A stretch of 64,000 bases of DNA from the NCBI GenBank assembly GCA_964016885.1, contig OZ024740.1, positions 23,622,001 to 23,686,000 of the forward strand, in the 5' to 3' direction. Positions 18,001 through 31,967 of the stretch are shown here, piece by piece (within the stretch, counting starts at the first letter, position 1; the number at the start of each line of letters is the position of its first letter). Source of the stretch: Eledone cirrhosa. Lineage: Eukaryota. Made by a program: the position numbers and the translations under genes. The notes beneath the pieces were generated by a model. That model was not told the DNA's origin and did not search any database. It saw only the letters and a list, made by a program, of their open reading frames with translations.

Positions 18001-21000
18001 CAGCAACAACAACATCATATACAACAGCATCAACAACATATACAACAGCAACAACAACAATATATACAACAGCAACAACAACAACATATACAACAGCATC
18101 AACGACAACATATACAACAGCAACAACAACATCATATACAACAGCAACAACAACAACATATACAACAGCAACAACAACAACATATACAACAGCAACAACA
18201 ACAACATATACAACAGCAACAACAACAACATATACAACAGCAACAACAACATCATATACAACAGCAACAACAACAACATATACAACAGCAACAACAACAA
18301 CATATACAACAGCAACAACAACATCATATACAACAGCAACAACAACAACATATACAACAGCATCAACAACATATACAACAGCAACAACAACATCATATAC
18401 AACAGCAACAACAACAACATATACAACAGCAACAACAACAACATATACAACAGCAACAACAACATCATATACAACAGCAACAAGAACATCATATACAACA
18501 GCATCAACAACATATACAACAGCAACAACAACATCATATACAACAGCATCAACGACAACATATACAACAGCAACAACAACATCATATACAACAGCAACAA
18601 CAACAACATATACAACAGCAACAACAACAACATATACAACAGCAACAACAACATCATATACAACAGCAACAACAACAACATATACAACAGCAACAACAAC
18701 ATGTACAACAGCATCAACAACAACATATACAACAGCATCAACAACAACATATACAACAGCATCAACAACAACATATACAACAGCAACGACAACAACATAT
18801 ACAACAGCAACAACAACAACATATACAACAGCATCAACAATATCATATACAACAGCAACAACATATACAACAGCATCAACAACATCATATACAACAGCAA
18901 CAATAACAACATATACAACAGCATCAACAACATCATATACAACAGCAACAACAACAACATATACAACAGCAACAACAACAACATATACAACAGCAACAAC
19001 AACAACATATACAACAGCATCAACAACAACATATACAACAGCAACAACAACAACATATACAACAGCAACAACAACATCATATACAACAGCATCAACAACA
19101 CCATATACAACAGCAACAACAACATCGTATACAACAGCATCAACAACATATACAACAGCAACAACAACATCGTATACAACAGCATCAACCAGATCATATA
19201 CAACAGCAACAACAACAACATATACAACAGCAACAACAACATATACAACAGAATCAACAACAACATATACAACAGCATCAACAACAAATATACAACAGCA
19301 ACAACAATAACATATACAACAGCATCAATAACATCAAATACAACAGCAACAACAACATCATATACAACAGCAACAACAACAACATATACAACAGCATCAA
19401 CAACAACATATACAACAGCATCAACAACAACATATACAACAGCAACAACAACAACATATACAACAGCATCAACAACATCATATACAACAGCAACAACAAC
19501 AACATATACAACAGCAACAACAACATCATATACAACAGCATCAACAACAACATATACAACAGCATCAACAACAACATATACAACAGCATCAACAACAACA
19601 TATACAACAGCAACAACAACATCATATACAAGAGCATCAACAACAACATATACAACAGCAACAACAACATCATATACAACAGCATCAACAACAACATATA
19701 CAACAGCATCAACAACAACATATACAACAGCATCAACAACAACATATACAACAGCAACAACAATAACATATACGACAGCATCAACAACAACATATACAAC
19801 AGCATCAACAACAATATATATAACAGCATCAACAACAACATATACAACAGCATCAACAACAACATATACAACAGCATCAACAACAACATATACAACAGCA
19901 TCAACAACAACATATACAACAGCACCAACATATACAACTGCAACAACAACATCATATACAACAGCAACAACAACAACATATACAACAGCATCAACAACAT
20001 CATATACAACAGCAACAACATATACAACAGCAACAACAACATCATATACAACAGCAACAACAACATCATATACAACAGCATCAACAACAACATATACAAC
20101 AGTATCAACAACAACATATACAACAGCAACAACAACATATACAACAGCAACAACAACAACATATACAACAGCAACAACAACACCATATACAACAGCAACA
20201 ACAACATCATATACAACAGCAACAACAACAACAACATATACAACAGCAACAACAACAACATATACAACAGCATCAACATCATCATATACAACAGCATCAA
20301 CAACAACATATACAACAGCAACAACAACAACATATACAACAGCATCAACAACAACATATACAACAGCAACAACAACAACATATACAACAGCATCAACAAC
20401 ATCATATACAACAGCATCAACAACAACATATACAACAGCAACAACAACAACATATACAACAACATCAACAACATCATATACAACAGCAACAAAAACAACA
20501 TATACAACAGCATCAACATATACAATAGCATCAACAACAACATATACAACAGCAACAACAACAACATATACAACAGCATCAACAACAACATATACAACAG
20601 CAACAACAACAACATATACAACATCATCAACAACATCATATACAACAGCATCAACAACAACATATACAACAGCAACAACATATACAACAGCAACAACATA
20701 TACAATAGCAACAACAACAACATATACAACAGCATCAACAACAACATATACAACAGCAACAACAACAACATATACAAAAGCAACAACAACATATACAACA
20801 GCATCAACAACATCATATACAACAGCAACAACATATACAACAGCATCAACAACAACATATACAACAGAAACAACAACAACATATACAACAGCATCAACAA
20901 CAACATATACAACAGCATCAACAACAACATATACAACAGCAACAACAACAACATATACAACAGCAACAACAACAACATATACAACAGCAACAACAACAAC

Positions 21001-23487
21001 ATATACAACAGCATCAACAACAACATGTACAACAGAAACAACAACAACATATACAACAGCAACAACAGCAACATATACAACAGCATCAACAACAACATAT
21101 ACAACAGAAACAACAACAACATATACAACAGCAACAACAACAACATATACAACAGCAACAACAACAACATATACAACAGCATCAACAACAACATATACAA
21201 CAGCAACAACAACAACATATACAACAGCAACAACAACATCATATACAACAGCATCAACAACAACATATACAACAGCATCAACAACAACATATGCAACAGC
21301 CACAACAACAACATATGCAACAGCAACAACAACAACATATACAACAGCAACAACAACATCATATTAAATATCATCAACAACAACATATACAACAGCATCA
21401 ACAACATCATATACAATAGGAACAACAACAACATATACAACAGCAACAACAACAACATATACAACAGCATCAACAACAACATATACAACAGCATCAACAA
21501 CAACATATACAACAGAAACAACAACAACATATACAGCAGCAACAACAGCAACAACATATACAACAGCAACAACAACAACATATATAACAGCATCAACAAC
21601 AACATATACAACAGCAACAACAACATATACAACAACATCAACAACATCATATACAACAGCAACAACAACAACATATACAACAGCAACAACAACATATACA
21701 ACAGCAACAACAACAACATATACAACAGCATCAACAACAACATATACAACAGCAACAACAACATATACAACAGCATCAACAACATCATATACAACAGCAA
21801 CAACAACAACATATACAACAGCAACAACAACATATACAACAGCAACAACAACAACATATACAACAGCAACAACAACAACATATACAACAGCATCAACAAC
21901 AACATATACAACAGCAACAACAACATATACAACAGCATGAACGACATCATATACAACAGCAACAACAACAACATATACAACAGCATCAACAACAACATAT
22001 ACAACAGCAACAACAACATATACAACAGCATCAACAACAACATATACAACAGCATCAACAACAACATATACAACAGCATCAACAACATATACAACAGCAT
22101 CAACAACAACATATACAACAGCATCAACAACAACATATACAACAGCAACAACAACATATACAACAGCAACAACAACAACATATACAACAGCATCAACAAC
22201 AACATATACAACAGCATCAACAACAACATATACAACAGCAACAACAACATATACAACAGCATCAACAACATCATATACAACAGCATCAACAACAACATAT
22301 ACAACAGCATCAACAACAACATATACAACAGCAACAACAACATATACAACAGCATCAACAACAACATATACAACAGCATCAACAACAACATATACAACAG
22401 CAACAACAACATATACAACAGCAACAACAACAACATATACAACAGCATCAACAACAACATATACAACAGCAACAACAACATATACAACAGCATCAACAAC
22501 AACATATACAACAGCATCAACAACAACATATACAACAGCAACAACAACATTGACAACAGCAACAACAACATATACAACAGCATCAACAACAACATATACA
22601 ACAGCAACAACAACATATACAACAGCATGAACAACAACATATACAACAACATCAACAACAACATATACAACAGCAACAACAACATATACAACAGCAACAA
22701 CAACAACATATACAACAGCATCAACAACAACATATAGAACAGCATCAACAACAACATATACAACAGCAACAACAACATATACAACAGCAACAACAACAAC
22801 ATATACAACAGCAACAACAACATATACAACAGCAACAACAACATATACAACAGCAACAACAACAACATATACAACAGCATCAACAACAACATATACAACA
22901 GCATCAACAACAACATATACAACAGCATCAACAACATATAAAACAGCATCAACAACATCATATACAACTGCATCAACAACATCATATACAACAGCAACAA
23001 CAACAACATATACAACAGCATCAACAACAACATATACAACAGCATCAACAACAACATATACAACAGCAACAACAACATATACCACAGCAACAACAACATC
23101 ATATACAACAGCAACAACCACATCATATACAACAGAATCAACAACAACATATACAACAGCATCAACAACAAATATACAACATCAACAACAACAACATATA
23201 CAACAGCAACAACAACAACATATACAACAGCAACAACAACAACATATACAACAGCAATAACAACAACATATACAACAGCAACAACAACATCATATACAAC
23301 AGCAACAACAACAACATATACAACAGCAACAACAACAAATATACAACATTAACAACAACAACATATACAACAGCAACAACAACAACATAAACAACAGCAA
23401 CAACAACATCATATACAACAACATCAACAACAACATATACAACAGCAACAACAACAACATATACAACAGCATCAACAACATCATATA
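1..23487. repeat. Triplet-based satellite, 18/21-bp monomers (ATA TAC AAC AGC ATC/AAC AAC AAC [ATC/ACC/AAC]), with higher-order repeats; runs off the left edge
   Basis: Continuous array. Rare variants recur at fixed offsets: GGC at 651/4605 (3954 bp), TCTAC at about 1376/5327, TTATA at about 3396/7347 (3951 bp), GGC at 13908/14502/15096 (594 bp). Confidence 0.97.
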
Positions 23488-23721
23488 CTACGACAAAGGC
23501 AACAACAAAAACAACGGCAACAACAATAATAAAAATAATAATAATTTATATTATTGGCCACAAGGGCCCAAGACATCGGGAATTGAGCAAAAGGGAAGGA
23601 AAACATATAAACAAGCCAGACTGAGAGATTTACATTGAATAAAAGGGGTTCGTGTTAATAATAATGACACAATAATAATTATACAAGATATACAAAGGCG
23701 GTGGATTGGCAGTATCGGTAG

Positions 23722-24101
23722 ATTACCCACCTTGAATGATTTTCTTACTTTTACCCACCTTAATAATTTTATCCCTTTTATCCACCTTTAATAAGTAGTC
23801 ATTTCCACTCACCTTAAATAATTTTTATCACTTTTACCCACCTTTGATAATTAAATGTCTTCTACCCTACTTTAATAATTTTTGTCTCTTTTACCCACCT
23901 ATTAAACATATTTTTACTTTTACCCACCTTTGATAATTAAATGTCTTCTACCCACCTTCAATAATGTTTAAAACTATTCTTACTTTTACCCACCTTATTG
24001 ATTTTCTTATCTTTACCCACCTTCAATAATTTTGTCACTTTTACCCACTTTTATTGATGTTCTCACACCTTTAATGATTCTATCATTTTTACCCACCTTT
24101 C
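23722..24101. repeat. Minisatellite with TTACCCACCTT core, about 27-36-bp units
   Basis: About 12-13 degenerate copies of (t)ttacccacctt separated by AT-rich spacers. Confidence 0.85.
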
Positions 24102-24129
24102 TAATTTAGGTAAAAAGCTAGGAATTTGT

Positions 24130-24830
24130 AGGGAAAAGAAATCGATGTTGACACAAGTTGTTTACTGGTTCTTTATTTTATCACAGAAGAGTGAAATGTA
24201 AAGTTGACTTCGTTGGGACTTGAAAGAACGACAAGAGCCAGAATAAATACAGTTGATCTTGACACACTAATTATTACCATTTAAAATAATGGTTTCTACT
24301 TTAAGCACAAGGCCAGCAATTATCCCAGTACATTACTGGTACTTTATTTTATCGATCCCGTAAGGATGATAGGCAAAGTTAACCTCGACGGGATTTCAAC
24401 TCAGATCATAAAGGACCGTAACTCTTTGCTGCAAAGCATGGCGTCCGACCCTCTACCGATACTTAAAATAATGGTTTCTTATATAGACACAAGGCCAGCA
24501 ATTTTGGGGTGAAGGGGAAAGTCGATTAAATCGATCCCAGTGTGTTACTGGTACTTTATGTTATCGACCCTGCAAGGATGAGTTCTATGCCGTAAAGTAT
24601 ATTTTCCGCAGCTCTTCCGATCTTGCCAATCCGCACCCCTGAAATTAAAATTAAAATAATAATGGAAATTAAAATGAAAATAATAATTGTTTCTAGTTTT
24701 GGCACAAGGCCAGCAATTATCTCAGTGTATTACTGGTTTATTTTATCGACCCTGTAAGGATGAAAGCAAAGTTAACCTCGGTGGGATTTAAACTCAGAAT
24801 GACAAGGTCCAATACTGCCAAACCACCGCC
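24130..24830 (-). mobile_element. Tandem cluster of 3-4 partial tRNA-derived SINE family A copies (Nin/Deu-like core)
   Basis: Reverse strand repeats gagttcaaatccc..gaggttaactttgcctttcatccttac.gggtcgataaaataaagtaccag...ggccttgtgccaaaa. Units at about 24284-24461, 24465-24640, 24680-24830, plus a decayed unit at 24130-24235. Confidence 0.85.
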
Positions 24831-24849
24831 CAACACATGCCAACACATA

Positions 24850-25870
24850 TTTTGGTGCAATAACTATTTGAGCTGTTTTTTTTTATGATTTTGTGGTGCT
24901 GAATCTGAAAATAACATCAATTTGTCTTGGTTAACTCTCATTTTCCCTGTACGGAATATGTCTATTTTTCCTAATATCATAGATCTTGCCTTCTTGTGAC
25001 TCATTGTAGTCTGACATTGAGTACATTGAAGTCGCTACAATTTGGTATACCAATGATTTAGAGAGAGCCGCACAATCATGTAGACTGTTACTTTTGTGCT
25101 GTTAATTTGGAAGGTGTGAATAGAAAGTAATGCAAATCTTTGAGCTATCCAAATTGAAATTCGGCTATAAGACAGGTGCCGCATTGTGAAGACATTCCAG
25201 TGCCAATTTTCACAGAATTTCAAATGACGATATAGCTGCCTAGCATAATTTTGATGATTTCGCTGAAACAGATAACAATAGAGATAAAGAAGATGAAGAT
25301 TACGTAGGTCCATCAAATGAACCAATCTATTTTACACAAGAACAACTTAGTGACTTAGAGATTTAAACCTGTCAAAGGAATAATCTGAGTTGCTATTTTC
25401 TTGACTAAAAGGTAAAAACCTCCTCCTACCAGGAACAAAAATAACGTTTTATCGTACGTGAGATGCAGAAAAGGGACGAGCTGGTGTTTTGCATAAATAT
25501 TGAAGGCGTGCTTTCTAAGTTAGAAATTGAAAAGTATTTTCCTGACGACTGGAGTTTGTAGTATGTCTTGCTGCATATTTCCAATGTATCGCTTCCATTC
25601 TAATTGGACATTCAGTGACTCACAAAGAGAGGTATGATGTTATTAAGAAAGTCTGATTAAGTACTATTACCATCACAGGGAGATGTGTGTTGACTTAAAG
25701 ATAGTCAATGTTTTGCTCGGACAGCAGTCAGGCTTTACTAAGTACCCAGGGACAAAGAACTATTGGATCAAACGAGACTGGAAAACAAGAGAACAATTGA
25801 CTGTTGGAGACAGGAATATGATAAATGAATCTTTGGTGTCCAGGATTACATTCTTCTTTGCCGATTAAAA
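24850..25870 (+). pseudogene. Decayed DNA-transposon transposase (Chapaev3/CMC-like, family tentative)
   Basis: Broken frames give FTQEQLSDL/RDLNLSKE*SELL..LKGKNLLLPGTKITFYR and CVDLKIVNVLLGQQSGFTKYP, motifs recalled from this widespread transposase type. Stops and frameshifts are present. Confidence 0.6.
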
Positions 25871-26525
25871 TTAGCATTTCTACAAATATGTAACCAGCAA
25901 TTGTACCACACAACCAACGAGACTGTAAGAATTTTAGATATTTTTAAAAGTTATATTATCAATATTTACCATTGTAATCTTTATGATCTTACCTACTTAA
26001 CAGTTACCTATGGATTTGCTAAAATATTTTACATCGTTCGATACCGGGTTCGTTTATTCTATCAATTATTCAACAGTAATATTTACTTTTATTTATTTAA
26101 TTATGTTCATGTTTATTAATACGAGGGGACTGGATTCTCCAGCCCCCTTCTGAGCAAGGAAGATGGGAGAAAAACTTATTCAACACTTAATTTTAAATAT
26201 TTAATTTTTAGTTTTTAATTATTATTGATTCTTTTTAATTGTAATACTCAACATTTGATAAAAATGTTAATAATACATCAAAACCGGTAATACTTTATAT
26301 ACATTATATACATTATAAAACTCTTTTTTAAAAGAATTGTCCCTCTCATTTTTTCAATAATGTCATCTTTTCAATAATATCACTTTGACGAATCAAAGAA
26401 AGGGAAAAAAAAAAAGAAAAACAGACCCCAAAATATATTTTCCGTGCTATTTCCAGCTTCACCTTTTCTCTATATCCATTGTTTTGTATAGAACCTTACT
26501 TCCCTTTTCTAATATATATATATAT

Positions 26526-26625
<100 letters not shown>

Positions 26626-26998
26626 TACAGAAAACGAAAAATCAGTGATGCATCTGGGCTCAATTTATTGCGTGTCACAATTGTTTTGCCGGCAGGTAGG
26701 TCAAGACATGGTCCCTGTATGGATATGGATGATTCTACGGCTGCAGGTTCCTTCAGACACGGGTGGTTCGTTCGGAGCAAATTTTATCACAGAAAACATT
26801 AACGCAATAACAAATGTATATATATATATATATGTGTACATATGTTATTGTGTTAATGTTTTCTTCTTTCTCTAGGACTTCTGATATTTTCTTTGAAAGC
26901 ATAGATTTTGCATTGGTCCCCTAGAGTACTACCGCAGGCCATTGAGGGGTCCACTTGCCACCAGGCAAGCTGACGACCTGGCCAGTCCACCACTGTAT

Positions 26999-27075
<77 letters not shown>

Positions 27076-27084
27076 TATATATAG

Positions 27085-27115
<31 letters not shown>

Positions 27116-27232
27116 CCCAGGGTTCAATCGGGTATAAACACAGTAAGTAAGGTACTCAGGGCTTTCCTGATAAGTTCCTTCGAAGGAAAGATTTTAGTCT
27201 TCTAGTTCGGTAGAAGTCATTACTATATTAAA

Positions 27233-27275
<43 letters not shown>

Positions 27276-27286
27276 GATGTTGTATT

Positions 27287-27355
<69 letters not shown>

Positions 27356-27377
27356 GCATATATATAAATATAGATGT

Positions 27378-27427
<50 letters not shown>

Positions 27428-27444
27428 AATATATATATATATGC

Positions 27445-27479
<35 letters not shown>

Positions 27480-27484
27480 GACGT

Positions 27485-27557
<73 letters not shown>

Positions 27558-28017
27558 GCTGACAGATTGATACTCATGGATGGGTTCAGGAAATAAGATA
27601 TAGTTTGTTAAGTCCTAAGCAGCGAAGACAGACTAGAAAACTACAAAATTGATTGAATACTAAGAAGCAAAACATTGAGTTGAGAGGTAGAGAGGTATAA
27701 AAGAGAGGAGAAGGTGGCAGGTGTGTATTGGACAGTCAGAACTTGATAATCACAGTGACAGCTGTCAATACATTGTTGCTAGAGGATTAGTTTGTCTTTC
27801 ATAGAATTCAGTTGTGTCTGGGAATGGAAGCTGTGGACTTGATGACAGTATGTATTGGTGAATTGAAACAGCTGTATGGCAGCACCGCTTTATATTATCA
27901 ATATTTATTGGTATTTCATCTATGACGGATTGATTGATTGATGAATAGGCATACTCTCACACACACACACACACATACTCACACACACACACATATATGT
28001 ATGTATATATGTATACA

Positions 28018-28078
<61 letters not shown>

Positions 28079-28108
28079 GGTTCGTATGGTTATATATATA
28101 TATATATA

Positions 28109-28667
28109 TACATTGGAGCTTCCCCCCCAAAAAAGGACTTCGTGTAAGTAGTACATAACAAAAAATCGTATGCAGGTATTTTGATCTCAATGAACCTGTA
28201 CGTTCTCGCACTAAGGTGTCATAACATATTCTAATATACACTCTTATATTCATGTTGCAACGTGGGGCCGCCAGTCGGAAGACAGCACCCACTCGAGCAA
28301 GATGGCCTCCATCAAAACATCAAATTCATGGCGAAGCTAGGGTGGAAGAACAGCCAAATTATTGACACTCTGGACCAAATTTATGGGGAAAATGCCCCAA
28401 AGAAATCAGCATCCTACAAATGGATAAGTTGTTTTAGAAGTGGAAGAGATGAGATTGAAGATGATCCTCAGTTGAAGATGTGAAAAGATGTGCTTTGACA
28501 TGGTTTAAATCGAATGGACCCCAATTTCACTTGGACTTAAAAGCTGGTATCAACACTTACAGAAGTGTGTTTACCTAGATGGAGCATATGTTGAGAAATA
28601 AACATCATAACTTAAATAGTTTTTTCCAACTGTCTTTTTTCTACGAACCTTTTGAAGCCCATTCGTA
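28109..28667 (+). mobile_element. Internally deleted mariner (irritans/Hsmar2-like) relic
   Basis: N-terminal HTH NIKFMAKLGWKNSQIIDTLDQIYGENAPKKSASYKWISCFRSGRDEIEDD. C-terminus GLKSWYQHLQKCVYLDGAYVEK*. Right TIR reads TACGAATGGGCTTCAAAAGGTTCG on the minus strand; the left TIR is decayed; TA flanks. Confidence 0.88.
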
Positions 28668-28677
28668 TATATTATAA

Positions 28678-28807
<130 letters not shown>

Positions 28808-28920
28808 GTTTGAATATGTATAATAAAGCCAAAACAATGCAGGTATGGACATAGAAAAAGAATGCAATTGCAAAAGATATTGTTGACAATTCGTCTTTTA
28901 CCTTAGATTTATTTTAAACG

Positions 28921-28958
28921 TCCTTAATTTTCGAGATAATATCTCTTCTTCAGAGGGA
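28921..28958 (-). ncRNA. Minimal type-I hammerhead motif in PLE pLTR
   Basis: CCU-CUGAAGA-A-GAGAU(AUU)AUCUC-GAAA-AU-UA-AGG: core, helix II, short AAUU palindrome, 3-bp helix I. Confidence 0.7.
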
Positions 28959-29339
28959 AATAAATGTCTCAAACCACCGTTCTAAATATCTTGCCAAGCC
29001 ATGCTGCCAGGAAATAGTATAGAGTATCTGTTCTATCTCTAATGTCAAAGAGTTAAAATTAGGTGGATAAAGAGTAGTCTCCCTTTAAAAGGGGTTTGTT
29101 TAGGTTTTTTTTATTTTTTTATATACATGCCTGTTTAAGTGTGTGGGAGAAAGCATGAAGGTGTAAGTATGTGAGTGTGTGTGTGTGCGTGTGAGAAGAT
29201 AAGTCTATTCGTAAATGTGGGGGGTAGGTGTTATCTGGTGTTAGAACTGGTTTTGTGTGTGTATGTGTGAGAGAGAATAAGTGGAGGTGTAAGCGTGTGT
29301 GTGTGTATGGGGTGTGTAAATATGGGGCTAGAAGCCCTA

Positions 29340-31817
29340 TCAGGTTATAAATTGGGTGTTGAGTTCTAGTCTATTATTGATAGGTGGTTGTGTTTTATCT
29401 ATAATTAGTGCTTCCTTAATTCTAAGATTGCCGAGGTTTCTTTCCTTAGTTTCTATTCTAACTGTTATGGTTTTGTCGGTGTTTTTGCATTTAACTAGGT
29501 GTTTCTTAAATGAGGAAGCGTTAGTATTGAGGTGTTCTTTTATTCTTATGTGGAGTGGACTGGTGGTTCTACCTACGTAGAAGTTGTTGCATTTGTCACA
29601 CTCTAGTCTGTATACGACGTAAGCCTGGTGGCATAGGTCTGTGTCATTGATGGGGCAGTTGGCTAGTCTGCAGCAGTTGTCATGTCTGGTGGAGTGTCTT
29701 TTGGCTAGCTGTCCGCGCAGAGAAGGACCTGAGTGGGCCAGTTGGATATCTAGTCCTTCTCGTCTGATGGCTCTGCAGATGGCTGTTGTTGTTTCTTCAC
29801 TGAAGTGTGGGAGCTTCAGGAAGCAAGTGTTAGTGCCTCGGGTGTGGTGTCCTCTGTTCTTTCTGGCACGGTTTGTGGTGGATGTCGTGTATCCGTTCAG
29901 TTTGAGTACTTCCAGGAAATGTGTGGTGTGTGTGTCTCGGTCTCTAGCGTCGGTGCATTTGTTCCGGATACGTGCCAGTTCGTTCCTTATGTATCTGAAC
30001 TTGGCACCGAGTGGGAGGGCCGATCTGAAATGTACGAACAGGTCCCTGCTGGCGGCTTTTTTATAGAAGCAGGTGTGGATGTTGCCTTCCTCTGTTACCC
30101 TGAGTTGGAAGTCCAGTAGGGATAGGGATCCGCGGTCGTCGGGGTGTTCCATGCTGAACTTTATACTGGCGTCCATGCTGGAGAATGTTGTGTATAATTT
30201 ATCTGCCTCCTCACGGGATGATGTGAGGATGAGTATGTCATCTACATATCGGGTGAAGAAGGCATGGGAATGGCAGGTGTTGAGGGCTCGGCATTCTAGC
30301 TGGTTCATGTAGGTGATGGCCAGCAGGCCCGATAGGCTGGATCCCATGGGTAATCTTGTTGTCTGTCTGTATGTGTGGTGGTGGAAGGTGAAGTACGTGT
30401 TGTCTACTGTGAAGGACAAAAGCTGGTGTATGTCCGTCGGGTGGAGACCGTAGCAGTTGATGTCCTCTGCGACCACGCAGTCCGTCAATAAATCGACAGC
30501 TGGATGAGCGGGGACTGTAGTGTAGAGTGAGACAACGTCGAGGCTAAAAGCGTATTTATTTAGTTTGAGTTGTTCTGGCTGGAGTTGGTGTAGTCTACGT
30601 ATAACTTCGTCGGAGCTACTGACATGCCCGGGAAAGGTGGAGAGTAGAGGCTTGAGGACCTGGGAGAGGAGCCAGGAAATTTTGTATAGGGGTCCTTCTG
30701 TGCTAGAGACGATGCGTCTTATTTGCGTCTTAGTGCTATTCTTGTGGGTCTTGATGAGGTGGTAGAAAGTGGGCAGTCTGCTATTTCTAGTGGTGTAGTT
30801 GAGCTTAACTTTATTTGGGAGTTGTCTTCTCCTACAGATATCGAACCAAATAGAGTTGGTCTGTTTTTCGATCTGGGCTGCAGTCATGTCCGGGATCTCT
30901 GTGTATAGTTCATTGTCGCTTAGGTGTTCAAAGGCTAGGTTATTGTATGTGGCTTCAGAGATGACGCAAAACTGTTTACCTTTGTCGGATGGTAAGTATA
31001 TAAGTTCCTTATTCCGTAGGTTCTTCAGGGCGAGTTGTTGTGTCCTGGAGAGGTTTGGGGCTATCTTCTGTTTCCGTAAGATGTTAAATACGGAATGTTT
31101 TAGTCTCGAGAGTTTTTCTTCAAGCTCGCGGTTGGCAGGTGGTGGACAGAGTGGACGATCAAGTTGGTATATCGGGAATCTGGGTTTGATAGATTCCGTG
31201 GTGTTGTTGCCGAGAGTCGATATCCATTTTAGTTGGTAGGCAGCCCGACAGAAATTCCTTTCTATGTCGAGCCATAGTTTGTCGTCCAGTCTCTGTTTCA
31301 ATATGAACTTGGGACCCAGGCTGAGGAGGTCTAATTCCTCTCGGGAGAGGGATCCTGTCAAGTCTGTGACGAGGTGTTTTGCGTCAGGTGTGTTGTTGGT
31401 CGGGGCACCGCTAGGTTCGGTGTTGGTACCGTCTGGTTCGTCTCTGTTGGTGCTTAGAGTTGGGATGTTGTTAAGACAGTTGGCCGTCCTGAGTTTGAGA
31501 AATTTTTGCGTTAAACGTATTTTCTCGTAGTCTCGGCGATGGTGGTATGACCTGTCTATAGTGGCGGAGATGACTCTGGACAGAGGTTCTGGGGTTTCAG
31601 CGAGTTGTGGTACAAGCCTGGAAATAGTCCGTATGTGATGTTGTAGCTTGCGGTGTAGGTGTTGTATGAGTTTTCTTAGGCAGAATTTTTGTATGTAACT
31701 AAGTGATCGTTTGAGGCCTGGTGATTTGAAGCATGTTGGTAGGTGCAAATTTTTGATAGTTTTGGGGATGATGTTGTTATTCAGGCATCGTTTTAGGAAG
31801 TTTATTTGGCAGCCGGC
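29340..31817 (-). CDS. PLE reverse transcriptase + Cys-rich linker + GIY-YIG endonuclease (5'-truncated, lacks about 34 N-terminal codons)
   Basis: Motifs PSDKG, FYHLIKTHK, SLDVVSLYT, PMGSSLS, RYVDD, LLDF, YKK; linker CCRLANCP..C; EN VVYRLECDKCNNFYVG..LHIRIKEH..KEALII..PPIN. The frame is open from 31817. RRIVS and TTRLPMGS depart from the usual RPIVS and GxPMGS, so the copy may be inactive. Confidence 0.93.
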   Translation of the reverse strand, partial: AGCQINFLKRCLNNNIIPKTIKNLHLPTCFKSPGLKRSLSYIQKFCLRKLIQHLHRKLQHHIRTISRLVPQLAETPEPLSRVISATIDRSYHHRRDYEKIRLTQKFLKLRTANCLNNIPTLSTNRDEPDGTNTEPSGAPTNNTPDAKHLVTDLTGSLSREELDLLSLGPKFILKQRLDDKLWLDIERNFCRAAYQLKWISTLGNNTTESIKPRFPIYQLDRPLCPPPANRELEEKLSRLKHSVFNILRKQKIAPNLSRTQQLALKNLRNKELIYLPSDKGKQFCVISEATYNNLAFEHLSDNELYTEIPDMTAAQIEKQTNSIWFDICRRRQLPNKVKLNYTTRNSRLPTFYHLIKTHKNSTKTQIRRIVSSTEGPLYKISWLLSQVLKPLLSTFPGHVSSSDEVIRRLHQLQPEQLKLNKYAFSLDVVSLYTTVPAHPAVDLLTDCVVAEDINCYGLHPTDIHQLLSFTVDNTYFTFHHHTYRQTTRLPMGSSLSGLLAITYMNQLECRALNTCHSHAFFTRYVDDILILTSSREEADKLYTTFSSMDASIKFSMEHPDDRGSLSLLDFQLRVTEEGNIHTCFYKKAASRDLFVHFRSALPLGAKFRYIRNELARIRNKCTDARDRDTHTTHFLEVLKLNGYTTSTTNRARKNRGHHTRGTNTCFLKLPHFSEETTTAICRAIRREGLDIQLAHSGPSLRGQLAKRHSTRHDNCCRLANCPINDTDLCHQAYVVYRLECDKCNNFYVGRTTSPLHIRIKEHLNTNASSFKKHLVKCKNTDKTITVRIETKERNLGNLRIKEALIIDKTQPPINNRLELNTQFIT

Positions 31818-31967
31818 TTAAAAGAAAATTAAGGACGTTTAAAATAAATTTAAGGTAAAAGACGAATTGTCAACAATATCTTTTGCAATTGCATCCTTTA
31901 TCTATGTCCATACCTGCATTGTTTTGGCTTTATTATACATATTCAAACGTTTATACCTCATTACACA

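Noticed and set aside
177-19310. 6377-aa ORF and other giant ORFs on both strands
   Set aside because: Products of a triplet satellite open in nearly all frames; no unique domain or signal peptide; the translation switches from N-rich to T-rich at a frameshift.
26643-26998. CAGTG...CACTG-bounded MITE
   Set aside because: Only 5-bp terminal complementarity, and the left TA flank is absent.
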